Source: Salinivirgaceae bacterium (lineage in GTDB: Bacteria > Bacteroidota > Bacteroidia > Bacteroidales > SZUA-534). From it: DNA of 64,000 nucleotides. Below are positions 1-8,279 of this stretch, in pieces; the first letter of the stretch is position 1, and every line of letters starts with the position of its first letter. A program made the position numbers and the translations under genes. Under the pieces are notes generated by a model that was not told where the DNA came from, searched no databases, and saw only the letters and a list, made by a program, of their open reading frames with translations. The DNA lies in NCBI GenBank assembly GCA_016342715.1, contig JAEINW010000002.1, forward strand, positions 740 to 64,739, in the 5' to 3' direction.

Positions 1-3000
1 AAAGGATTGTCACACAATAATGTATATGTCATATTTCAAGATAAATCGGGTTATTTATGGTTTGGTACTCAAGATGGTTTAAATAAATTCGATGGCTATA
101 ACTTTACCGTTTTTCGACGCGAAGCAGGGAATCTGAATTCTCTAGCATCGGCTAATTTTGGGAAAATTCATCAGGATTCATCAGGTATTTTTTGGTTTGG
201 AACCTATGGCGGAGGTTTGGATAAATTTGATCCAAAAACAAACACCTTTACAAATTTTTCTTATAATCCCAATGATCGAAACAGTCTAAGCCATAATTCT
301 GTTTTGTGTATTTTTGAGGACAGTAAACATGATATTTGGGCAGGAACAACAGCGGGTGGTTTAAATAAATTAAACTCCAAAGAGCAAAATTTTAAAAGAT
401 ACCTACCAAATCCCAACAATCTCAATAGTTTTGGCAACACACGCGCTAAATGTATGTGTGAAACTTCCGATGGTACTCTTTGGATTGGAACAGGAAATGG
501 CTTATCCAGGTACAATCGGAAAGATGACAATTTTACGAATCTTTTACATAACCCTAATGACCCCAATACTTTAAGTTCAAACAATATTCAAGGAATATTT
601 GCCGATGGCAATGTAATTTGGGTGGCATACAGAGGTACTGGAATTAGTAGTTTTAATACACAAACTAATATTTTCAAACATTATATGAATGACCCGAAGA
701 ACTCATCATCATTAAATGACAACAATTCAGAAATTGTATTTAAAGATTCATATAGTAATTATTGGGTGGGAACTTATTCAGGCGGCTTAAATAAATTTGA
801 TCCTGAAACAGGAATATTTGAACATTTTATGCATGATCCAAATAATGCTAGTAGCATTAGTCACAATGAAATTGAATATATTTATGAGGATAATTCACGT
901 AATTTATGGATTGCCACCCGTGGTGGTGGGGTTAACAAACTAGATTTAAAACCAAAAAAATTCAATACTTTAATTAGCAATCCATTGAACAAAAATTCCT
1001 TGCCAAATTCAAGTGTGATGGCCATAACATCTGACAAAAGTGGTAATATATGGATAGGTACTGATGGAGGAGGATTATGTAAATACCATAAAGCAATGAA
1101 TTCTTTTACTCACTTCCAACACAATCCATTGGATGAAAATTCATTAAGCTTGGATAGAATTTGGTCACTTATAATAGATTCCGAGGGGATTATTTGGGCT
1201 GGAACTTATCAAGGTGGTTTAAATAGGATTGAATACAAAAATAATGAATATGTATTTACAAGATATTTATACGATCAAAATGATCAGAATAGCCTAAGCA
1301 GTGATCAAATAAATGCAATTTTAGAAGATACTAAGGGTACCATTTGGGTAGCCACTTCACGTGGACTTAATGAGTTAGTAAAAACTGATAATCCAGATAG
1401 CTATCACTTTAATAAATATTACAAAAACCAAAACGATACCATATTATATGAAGATAATTACATAAATACCATTTACCAAGATTCGAAAAATAGATTCTGG
1501 GCTGGATCGGTTTCAGGTGGTTTGTTTCAATTTTTTCCAGAAAAGGAAAAGCTAATTAGATGTACTCCTTCTGCTGGCAAAAACTCCGATATAAAAGATC
1601 AGATTAGAGTTCTTTCTATTTTTGAAAATTCAGAGCACCAATTATTGCTGGGTACAGAATCTAATGGAATCATTCAATATACTGTTGAAAAGAATTTATT
1701 TAAACCCCACAAACATAACCAAGGCTTTACGAATAGCATGGTTGTAGGAATGATTCAGGACGATTCAGATAATTTGTGGGTTAGCACTTCACAGGGTATC
1801 ATCAAATATTCTGGACAACACAATACTCTGGTTAAATATTCGTATAACGACGGGTTATTAAGTATTGGATTTAATAGGAATGCCATTCATAAAACTCATG
1901 ATGGAGAAATATTTGTTGGAAGTAATGGTGGCTTAACACATTTTTTTCCTTCTCAAGTTAAACACAATCCATATTTACCCAAGGTGGTAATTACCGATTT
2001 TCGAATTTTAAATAAATCGAATTGGGGTAGTTTGCTAATGCCTTTCAAAAAAGTTTTTAGTGAGCAAAAGGAGATTGAGTTACATAGCAAAGATTACTTT
2101 TTCACAGTTGAATTTGCATCCTTAGATTATACAATGCCTATAGAAAACAAGTATCAATATAAGTTGGAGAATTTTGACAATAATTGGATTGATGCAAATG
2201 GTAACCGAACAGCTACCTACACAAACCTTGATCAGGGAACTTATATTTTTAAAGTTAAGGGCAGTAATAATGATGATATTTGGAACGAAATACCCACCGA
2301 AATAAAAATTAAGGTAATCCCCCCCTTCTACAAAACAAAGTGGTTCATTTTTATGGTTGTTTGTGTTATTAGTTTTTTAATAATAACCTATATAAAACAG
2401 AGAACAAAGAGTTTAATACGTGATAAAAATAATCTTGAAGATAAGGTTACACAAAGAACCAATGAAATAAATTCTCAAAAAGAAGAATTAAGAGCACTCG
2501 CGGAAAATTTAGAAATATTCAACAATGAACTGGAAAATACGGTGAACTTACGAACTGCTGATTTGAAAGTTGCCAAAGAAAAAGCTGAGGAATCAGATCG
2601 GATGAAATCTACTTTTTTAGCCAACATGTCACATGAAATTAGAACCCCTATGAATGCAATTATTGGTTTTTCCGAGTTGCTTTCAAAAATTATAAAAGAA
2701 CCCATTGCTAAAAATTATATTGAATCGATACGAAGCAGTTCAAGAAGTTTATTGGCCTTAATTAATGACATTCTCGATTTGTCGAAAATAGAGGCGGGTA
2801 AAATTGAAATGCAATATGAGTTTATTGATGCCACCGTATTTTTAGATGAGATCAAAGCTTTGTTTCAAAATAAAATAAATGAGCAAGGTCTTGAATTTAT
2901 TGTTAATATTCATGAAGATTTTCCTAAAGGTTTATTTGTTGATGAAATTAGATTACGGCAATTACTTGTTAATATTTTGAGTAATGCATTAAAATTTACT

Positions 3001-4056
3001 GAACAAGGACACGTTAAAATGACGGTAGATTTTGAATTTCATATTACACGAGAAACAAGTGAACGTCTTGTTGATTTAATAATAATTATTGAAGATTCAG
3101 GCATAGGGATGTCAGAAAGTTATCAAAAAAAATTGTTTGAATCGTTTAGTCAGCAAGATGGACAAAGCATAAAAAAATATGGGGGTACAGGTTTAGGATT
3201 ATCCATTACCAAAAAATTAATTGAATTAATGAACGGTACTATATCTATTAAATCTAAACCAAATGAAGGAACCATAGTAACCCTATTTATTCCAAATGTT
3301 ATTGTAGCAAAAGAATTTGAACATAAACCTTTAAGCCCCAGAATTGATATTGAAAATTTATATTTTAATGAAGCTACCCTATTGTTGGCTGATGATGTTT
3401 TATACAACAGAAGTTATATTAAGGGGATCTTAAGAGACACTCCCATTAAAATTATTGAAGCGGAAGATGGTAAAATCGCACTAAAACTGGCAAAAGAGAA
3501 TCCGGTTGATTTGATTATTACCGATATCAAAATGCCCGTTATGAATGGTATAGAATTTCTTAAGGCAATTAAAAGTGACCCCGGTTTAAAAAATATCCCT
3601 GTTATAGCAAGTACCGCTGCTGCCATGAAAAAGGAACAGGATGAGTTAAAACAACTTGGCTTTAATGGTTTTGTAATTAAACCTTTTGAAATTAACGATT
3701 TGTATGAAGAACTAATCAAATTCTTAGCCCATGACGTGTTAACTAAAGAGCCTGAAGAAGTTCCCGAAGATTTGCCCGTATTGCCAAACCTTAGTCCTTT
3801 TGAGTTGAAACTACTCACCGGTATTCTCGAAGGAGAATTGTATCAGGTTTGGAAGGGTTTTGAAGAACAGCAACCTATGGATGAAGTGGAGGCTTTTGCA
3901 AATAGTTTATTGGATAAAACCAAAAAGCATAAACATCCCTTGGTTATAAAATATGGAAATGATTTGTTAGAGGCAATTCAAGGTTTTGACATTTACAACC
4001 TGCTTAAATACTTAAAACAGTACCAACAAATAATAGAGAATATAAAAAACCAATAA
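1..4056 (+). CDS. hybrid sensor histidine kinase/response regulator with beta-propeller (Reg_prop-type) repeats and a Y_Y_Y-like domain; 5' end cut by the window edge
   Basis: The frame is open to position 1. Many repeats of the type 'IW(F/V/I)GT..GGLNKFD'. 'YQYKLENFDNNW' segment, TM 'WFIFMVVCVISFLIITYI', H-box 'FLANMSHEIRTPMNAI', G-box 'GGTGLGLSITKKLIELMNG', receiver 'DLIITDIKMPVMNG'. No AraC-type HTH is seen. Confidence 0.9.
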   Translation, partial: KGLSHNNVYVIFQDKSGYLWFGTQDGLNKFDGYNFTVFRREAGNLNSLASANFGKIHQDSSGIFWFGTYGGGLDKFDPKTNTFTNFSYNPNDRNSLSHNSVLCIFEDSKHDIWAGTTAGGLNKLNSKEQNFKRYLPNPNNLNSFGNTRAKCMCETSDGTLWIGTGNGLSRYNRKDDNFTNLLHNPNDPNTLSSNNIQGIFADGNVIWVAYRGTGISSFNTQTNIFKHYMNDPKNSSSLNDNNSEIVFKDSYSNYWVGTYSGGLNKFDPETGIFEHFMHDPNNASSISHNEIEYIYEDNSRNLWIATRGGGVNKLDLKPKKFNTLISNPLNKNSLPNSSVMAITSDKSGNIWIGTDGGGLCKYHKAMNSFTHFQHNPLDENSLSLDRIWSLIIDSEGIIWAGTYQGGLNRIEYKNNEYVFTRYLYDQNDQNSLSSDQINAILEDTKGTIWVATSRGLNELVKTDNPDSYHFNKYYKNQNDTILYEDNYINTIYQDSKNRFWAGSVSGGLFQFFPEKEKLIRCTPSAGKNSDIKDQIRVLSIFENSEHQLLLGTESNGIIQYTVEKNLFKPHKHNQGFTNSMVVGMIQDDSDNLWVSTSQGIIKYSGQHNTLVKYSYNDGLLSIGFNRNAIHKTHDGEIFVGSNGGLTHFFPSQVKHNPYLPKVVITDFRILNKSNWGSLLMPFKKVFSEQKEIELHSKDYFFTVEFASLDYTMPIENKYQYKLENFDNNWIDANGNRTATYTNLDQGTYIFKVKGSNNDDIWNEIPTEIKIKVIPPFYKTKWFIFMVVCVISFLIITYIKQRTKSLIRDKNNLEDKVTQRTNEINSQKEELRALAENLEIFNNELENTVNLRTADLKVAKEKAEESDRMKSTFLANMSHEIRTPMNAIIGFSELLSKIIKEPIAKNYIESIRSSSRSLLALINDILDLSKIEAGKIEMQYEFIDATVFLDEIKALFQNKINEQGLEFIVNIHEDFPKGLFVDEIRLRQLLVNILSNALKFTEQGHVKMTVDFEFHITRETSERLVDLIIIIEDSGIGMSESYQKKLFESFSQQDGQSIKKYGGTGLGLSITKKLIELMNGTISIKSKPNEGTIVTLFIPNVIVAKEFEHKPLSPRIDIENLYFNEATLLLADDVLYNRSYIKGILRDTPIKIIEAEDGKIALKLAKENPVDLIITDIKMPVMNGIEFLKAIKSDPGLKNIPVIASTAAAMKKEQDELKQLGFNGFVIKPFEINDLYEELIKFLAHDVLTKEPEEVPEDLPVLPNLSPFELKLLTGILEGELYQVWKGFEEQQPMDEVEAFANSLLDKTKKHKHPLVIKYGNDLLEAIQGFDIYNLLKYLKQYQQIIENIKNQ

Positions 4057-4290
4057 CATCAGGCTAAAATAGTTTAAAAGGCTGCTTTCTTTGGATCTCC
4101 ATTTGAAATTGTATATATTATTTTTGCAATAGCTTTTACCACAGGATTAAGACTTACTTCAACAAAAGGTTCTAATAAAAAGCTTCTAAAAAGAAGCAAA
4201 CTCACTATTAAAATACATTTATAAAAGGACAGAATAAAATAGAATAATAAATCTCAGATTCATAAACCAATTAGTATTAAACATTTTTAG

Positions 4291-4298
4291 TACTTTTG
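4291..4298 (+). promoter_or_regulatory. candidate Bacteroidota -7 promoter box (TAnnTTTG) for the 4315 gene
   Basis: TACTTTTG lies 17 nt upstream of the ATG at 4315 and matches the TAnnTTTG consensus known for Bacteroidota sigma-A promoters. Confidence 0.35.
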
Positions 4299-4314
4299 CG
4301 CAATAAATTAGAAT

Positions 4315-4911
4315 ATGGAGAGTGATTTTGAAGAGGTCGTTTATTCTGAAAATGTGATTGATTTTGCCACCTTGGCAACAGAATATTGTAATTTACTTGA
4401 TGGGGTTGCTCTTTTATCACAAAAAGAGTTTATCGACAAAGCCCACCGTTTATTGCCACTGGTTTATCTAAAAGCAATTATATTGCCCGATACCGAAGCC
4501 GAAATGCCAGAGTTGATTGATAAATCGGTTACTCAGGAGGAGTGGGAAGCCGTTTACAATACTATGGTAAATAAACTGCATGATGTCGATTCGTACAATG
4601 AAATTTTAGATCCTTTAAATGATACCGAAGCAATGGCAAGTTTATCGGAAGGATTTGCCGATATTTATCAGGATTTGAAAGATTTTATGGTTCTTTATAA
4701 CATGGGAACCCCAGAAATTATGAACGATGCCATATGGGAATGTAAAAATAATTTTAAAGCATATTGGGGTCAACGCTTAGTAAACATTCAGCGTGTTTTG
4801 CATAATTTGTTTTATGGAAATCAGTCGTTAAATGAGAATGACGCCCTAAGCGAAGATGATTTTGATCCAGAAAAAAGAGATGAGAAAAACAGGCAACAAA
4901 ACATACAATAA
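4315..4911 (+). CDS. conserved hypothetical protein (resembles the Bacteroidota DUF5063 family from memory; unverified)
   Basis: 198-aa ORF with an ATG start, a compact 17-nt gap to the next gene, and an acidic, helical-looking sequence. No catalytic motif was recognised. Confidence 0.55.
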   Translation: MESDFEEVVYSENVIDFATLATEYCNLLDGVALLSQKEFIDKAHRLLPLVYLKAIILPDTEAEMPELIDKSVTQEEWEAVYNTMVNKLHDVDSYNEILDPLNDTEAMASLSEGFADIYQDLKDFMVLYNMGTPEIMNDAIWECKNNFKAYWGQRLVNIQRVLHNLFYGNQSLNENDALSEDDFDPEKRDEKNRQQNIQ

Positions 4912-4928
4912 TTGACAGGGAAGGCTGA

Positions 4929-5513
4929 ATGATGAATAAGTGCATATCAAAAGAGGAGTTAAATGAATTGCCGGTAGAGGCTTTTGGTGGAGAAATTATT
5001 GTTATTGATTTTGAGAATGATGCAAAAAAAATTATTTCAGTATTAAAAAAATCAATAATATTAGGATTCGATACGGAAACCAAACCAAATTTTAAAAAAG
5101 GAAAGAAGAATAATGTGGCGCTGTTGCAATTGTCAACAGAAAAAACAGCCTTTATTTTTCGATTAAATAAAATGGGCTTGCCCGATTGTTTAAAAGAAAT
5201 ATTAGCAGACCCAAACATTATTAAGGCAGGGGTTGCCATTAAAGACGATATTTTAGCACTTAAAGGCTTATCGAAATTTAAACCAGGGGGATTTATCGAA
5301 CTTCAGGAAAAAGTAAAAGATTTTGAAATTGAAAATTTTGGATTAAAGAAACTGTCAGGATTATTATTAGGTTTCAGAATTTCTAAAGCTCAACAAACCT
5401 CAAATTGGGAAGCAGAACATCTTTCTGACGCACAATTAAAATATGCGGCTACCGATGCCTGGGTTTCATTAGGTATTTACATTAAACTTATGGAATTGGA
5501 ACAAGCCTCATAG
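4929..5513 (+). CDS. 3'-5' exonuclease domain protein (DEDDy, RNase D/WRN-like)
   Basis: Exo motifs 'LGFDTETKP', 'KAGVAIKDDILAL' and 'YAATDAWVSL'. Confidence 0.85.
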   Translation: MMNKCISKEELNELPVEAFGGEIIVIDFENDAKKIISVLKKSIILGFDTETKPNFKKGKKNNVALLQLSTEKTAFIFRLNKMGLPDCLKEILADPNIIKAGVAIKDDILALKGLSKFKPGGFIELQEKVKDFEIENFGLKKLSGLLLGFRISKAQQTSNWEAEHLSDAQLKYAATDAWVSLGIYIKLMELEQAS

Positions 5514-5584
5514 TTTGTATAATTCAATAGGTGATATTTTTCAAAAAACGTAAAAATTACAATTCAACAAATATATGTATCGCA

Positions 5585-6772
5585 ATGGAGTTTATTAAAA
5601 TAATGCTTAAATCGGGTAAAGACGCATCCTTACGTCGTTTTCATCCTTGGGTTTTTTCTGGTGCCATAAAAAAAATATATGGGGGCGAACCAAAAGAAGG
5701 CGAAGTGGTTCTTGTTTGTGATAATCACGACGAGTTTTTAGGTTTAGGGCATTATCAAATTGGTTCTATTGCAATTCGTATTTTTTCTTTCGACCTAGTG
5801 GAACCAAACTATGAATTCTGGAAGAATAAATTTCAAAAAGCCATTGATTATAGAATTCAAATGGGAATAATTGGCTCGACTAATACCAATGTTTATCGTT
5901 TAATTCATGCGGAAGGCGATGGAATGCCAGGCTTAATTGTTGACTATTACAATGGCACTGCAGTAATGCAAACACACTCCATTGGCATGCATTTGTTACG
6001 AGAGACTTTTGCTGAAATTTTAAAGGAATTATTAGGCGATAAATTAACAGCTATTTACGATAAAAGCGAAGCTACCTTGCCTCATAAAGCCGACATTGAC
6101 CCCAAAGATGGATATTTATTTGGAGAATCATCAACAGGACTTGTAGAGGAATACGGAAATAAATTTAACATTGACTGGGAGAAAGGTCAAAAAACAGGAT
6201 TTTTTATCGATCAGCGCGAAAATCGCAGGATGATAGCTGAATATTCTAAAGGAAAAAAAGTTTGTAATGTATTTGGTTACACTGGAGGTTTTTCAGTGTA
6301 TGCATTAAAGGCAGGAGCCGAGTTGGTTCATTCGGTCGATTCCTCAAAATTAGCCATTGATTTAACCAATGAGAATGTGGAATTGAACTTCGGAAAAGAT
6401 GCAAACCACGAAGGGTTTGCTATGGATGCTTTTAACTTTTTTGACAATGCACCTGAAAAATATGATGTTATAATTCTCGATCCTCCGGCCTTTGCCAAGC
6501 ATCAAAAAGTGCTACATAATGCTTTACAAGGCTATAAAAGAATTAATCAAAAAGCTTTGGAGCAGATTAAGCCAGGCGGAATTTTATTTACTTTTTCGTG
6601 CTCACAAGCAGTAAGTCGCGATAATTTTCGTCAATCGGTTTTTGTTGCAGCTGCAAATGCACGCCGAAATGTTCGTATTCTGCATCATTTATCACAACCC
6701 ATCGATCATCCAATAAATATTTATCATCCTGAAAGCGAATATTTAAAAGGATTGGCTGTTTATGTTGAGTAA
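5585..6772 (+). CDS. rlmI: 23S rRNA (cytosine-C5)-methyltransferase RlmI-like, PUA + class I SAM methyltransferase
   Basis: Colinear with E. coli RlmI as I remember it: 'LRRFHPWVFSGAI', 'KTGFFIDQRENR', 'NVFGYTGGFSVYA', 'IILDPPAF', 'LFTFSCS', 'YLKGLAVYV'. The ATG at 5585 is preferred over the upstream GTG at 5531. Confidence 0.85.
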   Translation: MEFIKIMLKSGKDASLRRFHPWVFSGAIKKIYGGEPKEGEVVLVCDNHDEFLGLGHYQIGSIAIRIFSFDLVEPNYEFWKNKFQKAIDYRIQMGIIGSTNTNVYRLIHAEGDGMPGLIVDYYNGTAVMQTHSIGMHLLRETFAEILKELLGDKLTAIYDKSEATLPHKADIDPKDGYLFGESSTGLVEEYGNKFNIDWEKGQKTGFFIDQRENRRMIAEYSKGKKVCNVFGYTGGFSVYALKAGAELVHSVDSSKLAIDLTNENVELNFGKDANHEGFAMDAFNFFDNAPEKYDVIILDPPAFAKHQKVLHNALQGYKRINQKALEQIKPGGILFTFSCSQAVSRDNFRQSVFVAAANARRNVRILHHLSQPIDHPINIYHPESEYLKGLAVYVE

Positions 6773-6784
6773 TAAATACTCAAA

Positions 6785-7405
6785 ATGAATTTAATAGTTG
6801 ATTACATAAGTATTATTGGATCGTTTGCTCTGGCTATTTCTGGAGCACTTACGGCTATGGATAAAAAATTTGATCCATTTGGAGTGTTAATTATTGCTTT
6901 TGTTTCAGCCGTTGGTGGTGGAACTATTCGTGATATGCTTATAACACAAAGAGATGTGTTTTGGTTAACTTCTCCCTCATACGTTTATATTATTATTGTT
7001 GGTGCCGTATTAGCTATTATTTTTAGAAAAAAGCTTAATTACATGGCTAAGCCCCTTCTCATTTTTGATGCTATTGGTTTAGGTTTATTCACCATAACTG
7101 GCGTGCAAATTGGAATCGAATATGAATTAAGTGCTATAAATTGTATAATTCTTGGAACTATTACTGGTTCATTTGGAGGCGTATTACGCGATATATTAGT
7201 GAATGAGATTCCAGTGATTTTCAAAAAAGAGATTTATGCAACGGTGTGTATTTTGGGTGGAATTTTATATATAGCCTTAAATAAAACAAATCTCCCAAAT
7301 ATTTATCTACAAGTTATCCCTATTGTTTTTATTGTAACTGCTAGAATAGTAGTTATTTATAAAAATATTTCACTTCCGTCGTTGTATCGAGATAATGAAA
7401 AATGA
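6785..7405 (+). CDS. trimeric intracellular cation channel family protein (UPF0126/YadS-like)
   Basis: Two UPF0126 repeats with 'GGGTIRD' and 'FGGVLRD'; about seven hydrophobic segments. Confidence 0.8.
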   Translation: MNLIVDYISIIGSFALAISGALTAMDKKFDPFGVLIIAFVSAVGGGTIRDMLITQRDVFWLTSPSYVYIIIVGAVLAIIFRKKLNYMAKPLLIFDAIGLGLFTITGVQIGIEYELSAINCIILGTITGSFGGVLRDILVNEIPVIFKKEIYATVCILGGILYIALNKTNLPNIYLQVIPIVFIVTARIVVIYKNISLPSLYRDNEK

Positions 7406-7409
7406 TTTT

Positions 7410-7538
7410 AATCCCACAATGTGGGTTCATATTAACTTCGTTGAGCTCCTTGCAGTCGGTTCCCCGCAGCTTGCTGCAAGAAAATAAAAGTTCTACTATT
7501 TTGATACCTCGTCTGTTTGAAGCGAGGTCATTCATTTT
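7410..7538 (-). repeat. mosaic hairpin repeat, copy R1 (fills the convergent intergenic spacer)
   Basis: The reverse complement reads AAATGAATGACCTCG...CGAGGTATCAAAATAGTAGAACTTTT..TGCAGCAAGCTGCG...TATGAACCCACATTGTGGGATT. This is colinear with 13855-14010 and with the 5' part of 60424-60630. Confidence 0.65.
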
Positions 7539-7540
7539 AA

Positions 7541-8278
7541 TCAACCTTTTATAAGTTTTAAAATTTCATTTTTCTTTGTCCTTGATATAGGAATTTTTGC
7601 ATCATTAGTTAAAATAATATAACCACCATCGTTTTTGTAATAGCTTTTAATGTATTTTGAATTAATTAGATGTGACTTATGAACTCTGAGAAATCCATGT
7701 TCAGTAAGTAAAGTCTCAAATTCTTTTAAGGTTTTTGTTATCAATTTCTTTTTGCCAGAATTTAGAAATACGTTTGAATAATTGTTATCTCCAACAATAT
7801 GTATTATTTCGTTGGTTTCAACAAACTCAATTTTATCATTATCAGTTAATGCAATTTTTTTGCTTGCATTTTTCAGGTTGTAAACAAAATATTTAAGCTG
7901 ATCATTTTCTTTTTTTGTTCCTATTTTAACAGCGGCTTTATCAACTGCTTTTGTTAATTCAATAATATCGATGGGTTTTAACAAATAGTCTAAGGCACAA
8001 AACTTAATTGCTTTAATGGCATATTCATAATATGCAGTTACAATAATGACTTCAAAATTAATTTCGTTTAATGATTCCAGTAATTCGAACCCATCTTTTT
8101 TTGGCATTTTAATATCAAGAAATACTAAATCAGGCTTGTTGTTTCGTATAAAGTTAAAGGCAGAATCAACACTGTCAGCACTTCCAATTATTTCAACACT
8201 CTGGCAATACTTATTAAGTAATGATTCTAAGTTATTTCTGTTATTTGCTTCATCGTCAACAATTAGAGCTTTAATCAT
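7541..8278 (-). CDS. LytR/AlgR-family response regulator (REC + LytTR DNA-binding domain)
   Basis: 'ALIVDDE', 'DLVFLDIKMPKKDG', LytTR-type 'FLRVHKSHLINSKYI'. It starts 1 nt after the stop of the upstream kinase gene. Confidence 0.9.
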   Translation of the reverse strand: MIKALIVDDEANNRNNLESLLNKYCQSVEIIGSADSVDSAFNFIRNNKPDLVFLDIKMPKKDGFELLESLNEINFEVIIVTAYYEYAIKAIKFCALDYLLKPIDIIELTKAVDKAAVKIGTKKENDQLKYFVYNLKNASKKIALTDNDKIEFVETNEIIHIVGDNNYSNVFLNSGKKKLITKTLKEFETLLTEHGFLRVHKSHLINSKYIKSYYKNDGGYIILTNDAKIPISRTKKNEILKLIKG

Positions 8279-8279
8279 A

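Noticed and set aside
261-3818. Minus-strand ORFs 261-584, 2475-2705, 3150-3407 and 3414-3818 inside the hybrid kinase gene.
   Set aside because: All lie fully within, and antisense to, a 1349-aa ORF with unambiguous kinase and receiver motifs. They are Ser/Leu/Phe-rich shadow translations.
4754-5239. The 161-aa minus-strand ORF spanning the junction of the 4315 and 4929 genes.
   Set aside because: It is antisense to two ORFs, one of which has clear DEDDy exonuclease motifs. It has no motif of its own. It is a typical shadow ORF in AT-rich DNA.
5531-5584. N-terminal extensions given by the ORF track. These are the GTG at 5531 for rlmI, 61295-61384 for the carbonic anhydrase, the TTG at 21983 for the lipid kinase, the TTG at 45623 for the hybrid kinase, 56902 for argF and 35984 for the lipoprotein.
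   Set aside because: In each case an in-frame ATG lies where homologous proteins begin, or directly before a signal peptide. The extension would also overlap the upstream gene or add non-homologous residues.
7353-7544. The 63-aa minus-strand ORF covering the 7410-7538 spacer.
   Set aside because: It coincides with repeat R1. The other copies (R2, R3) do not preserve this reading frame. It overlaps the 3' ends of both flanking genes.
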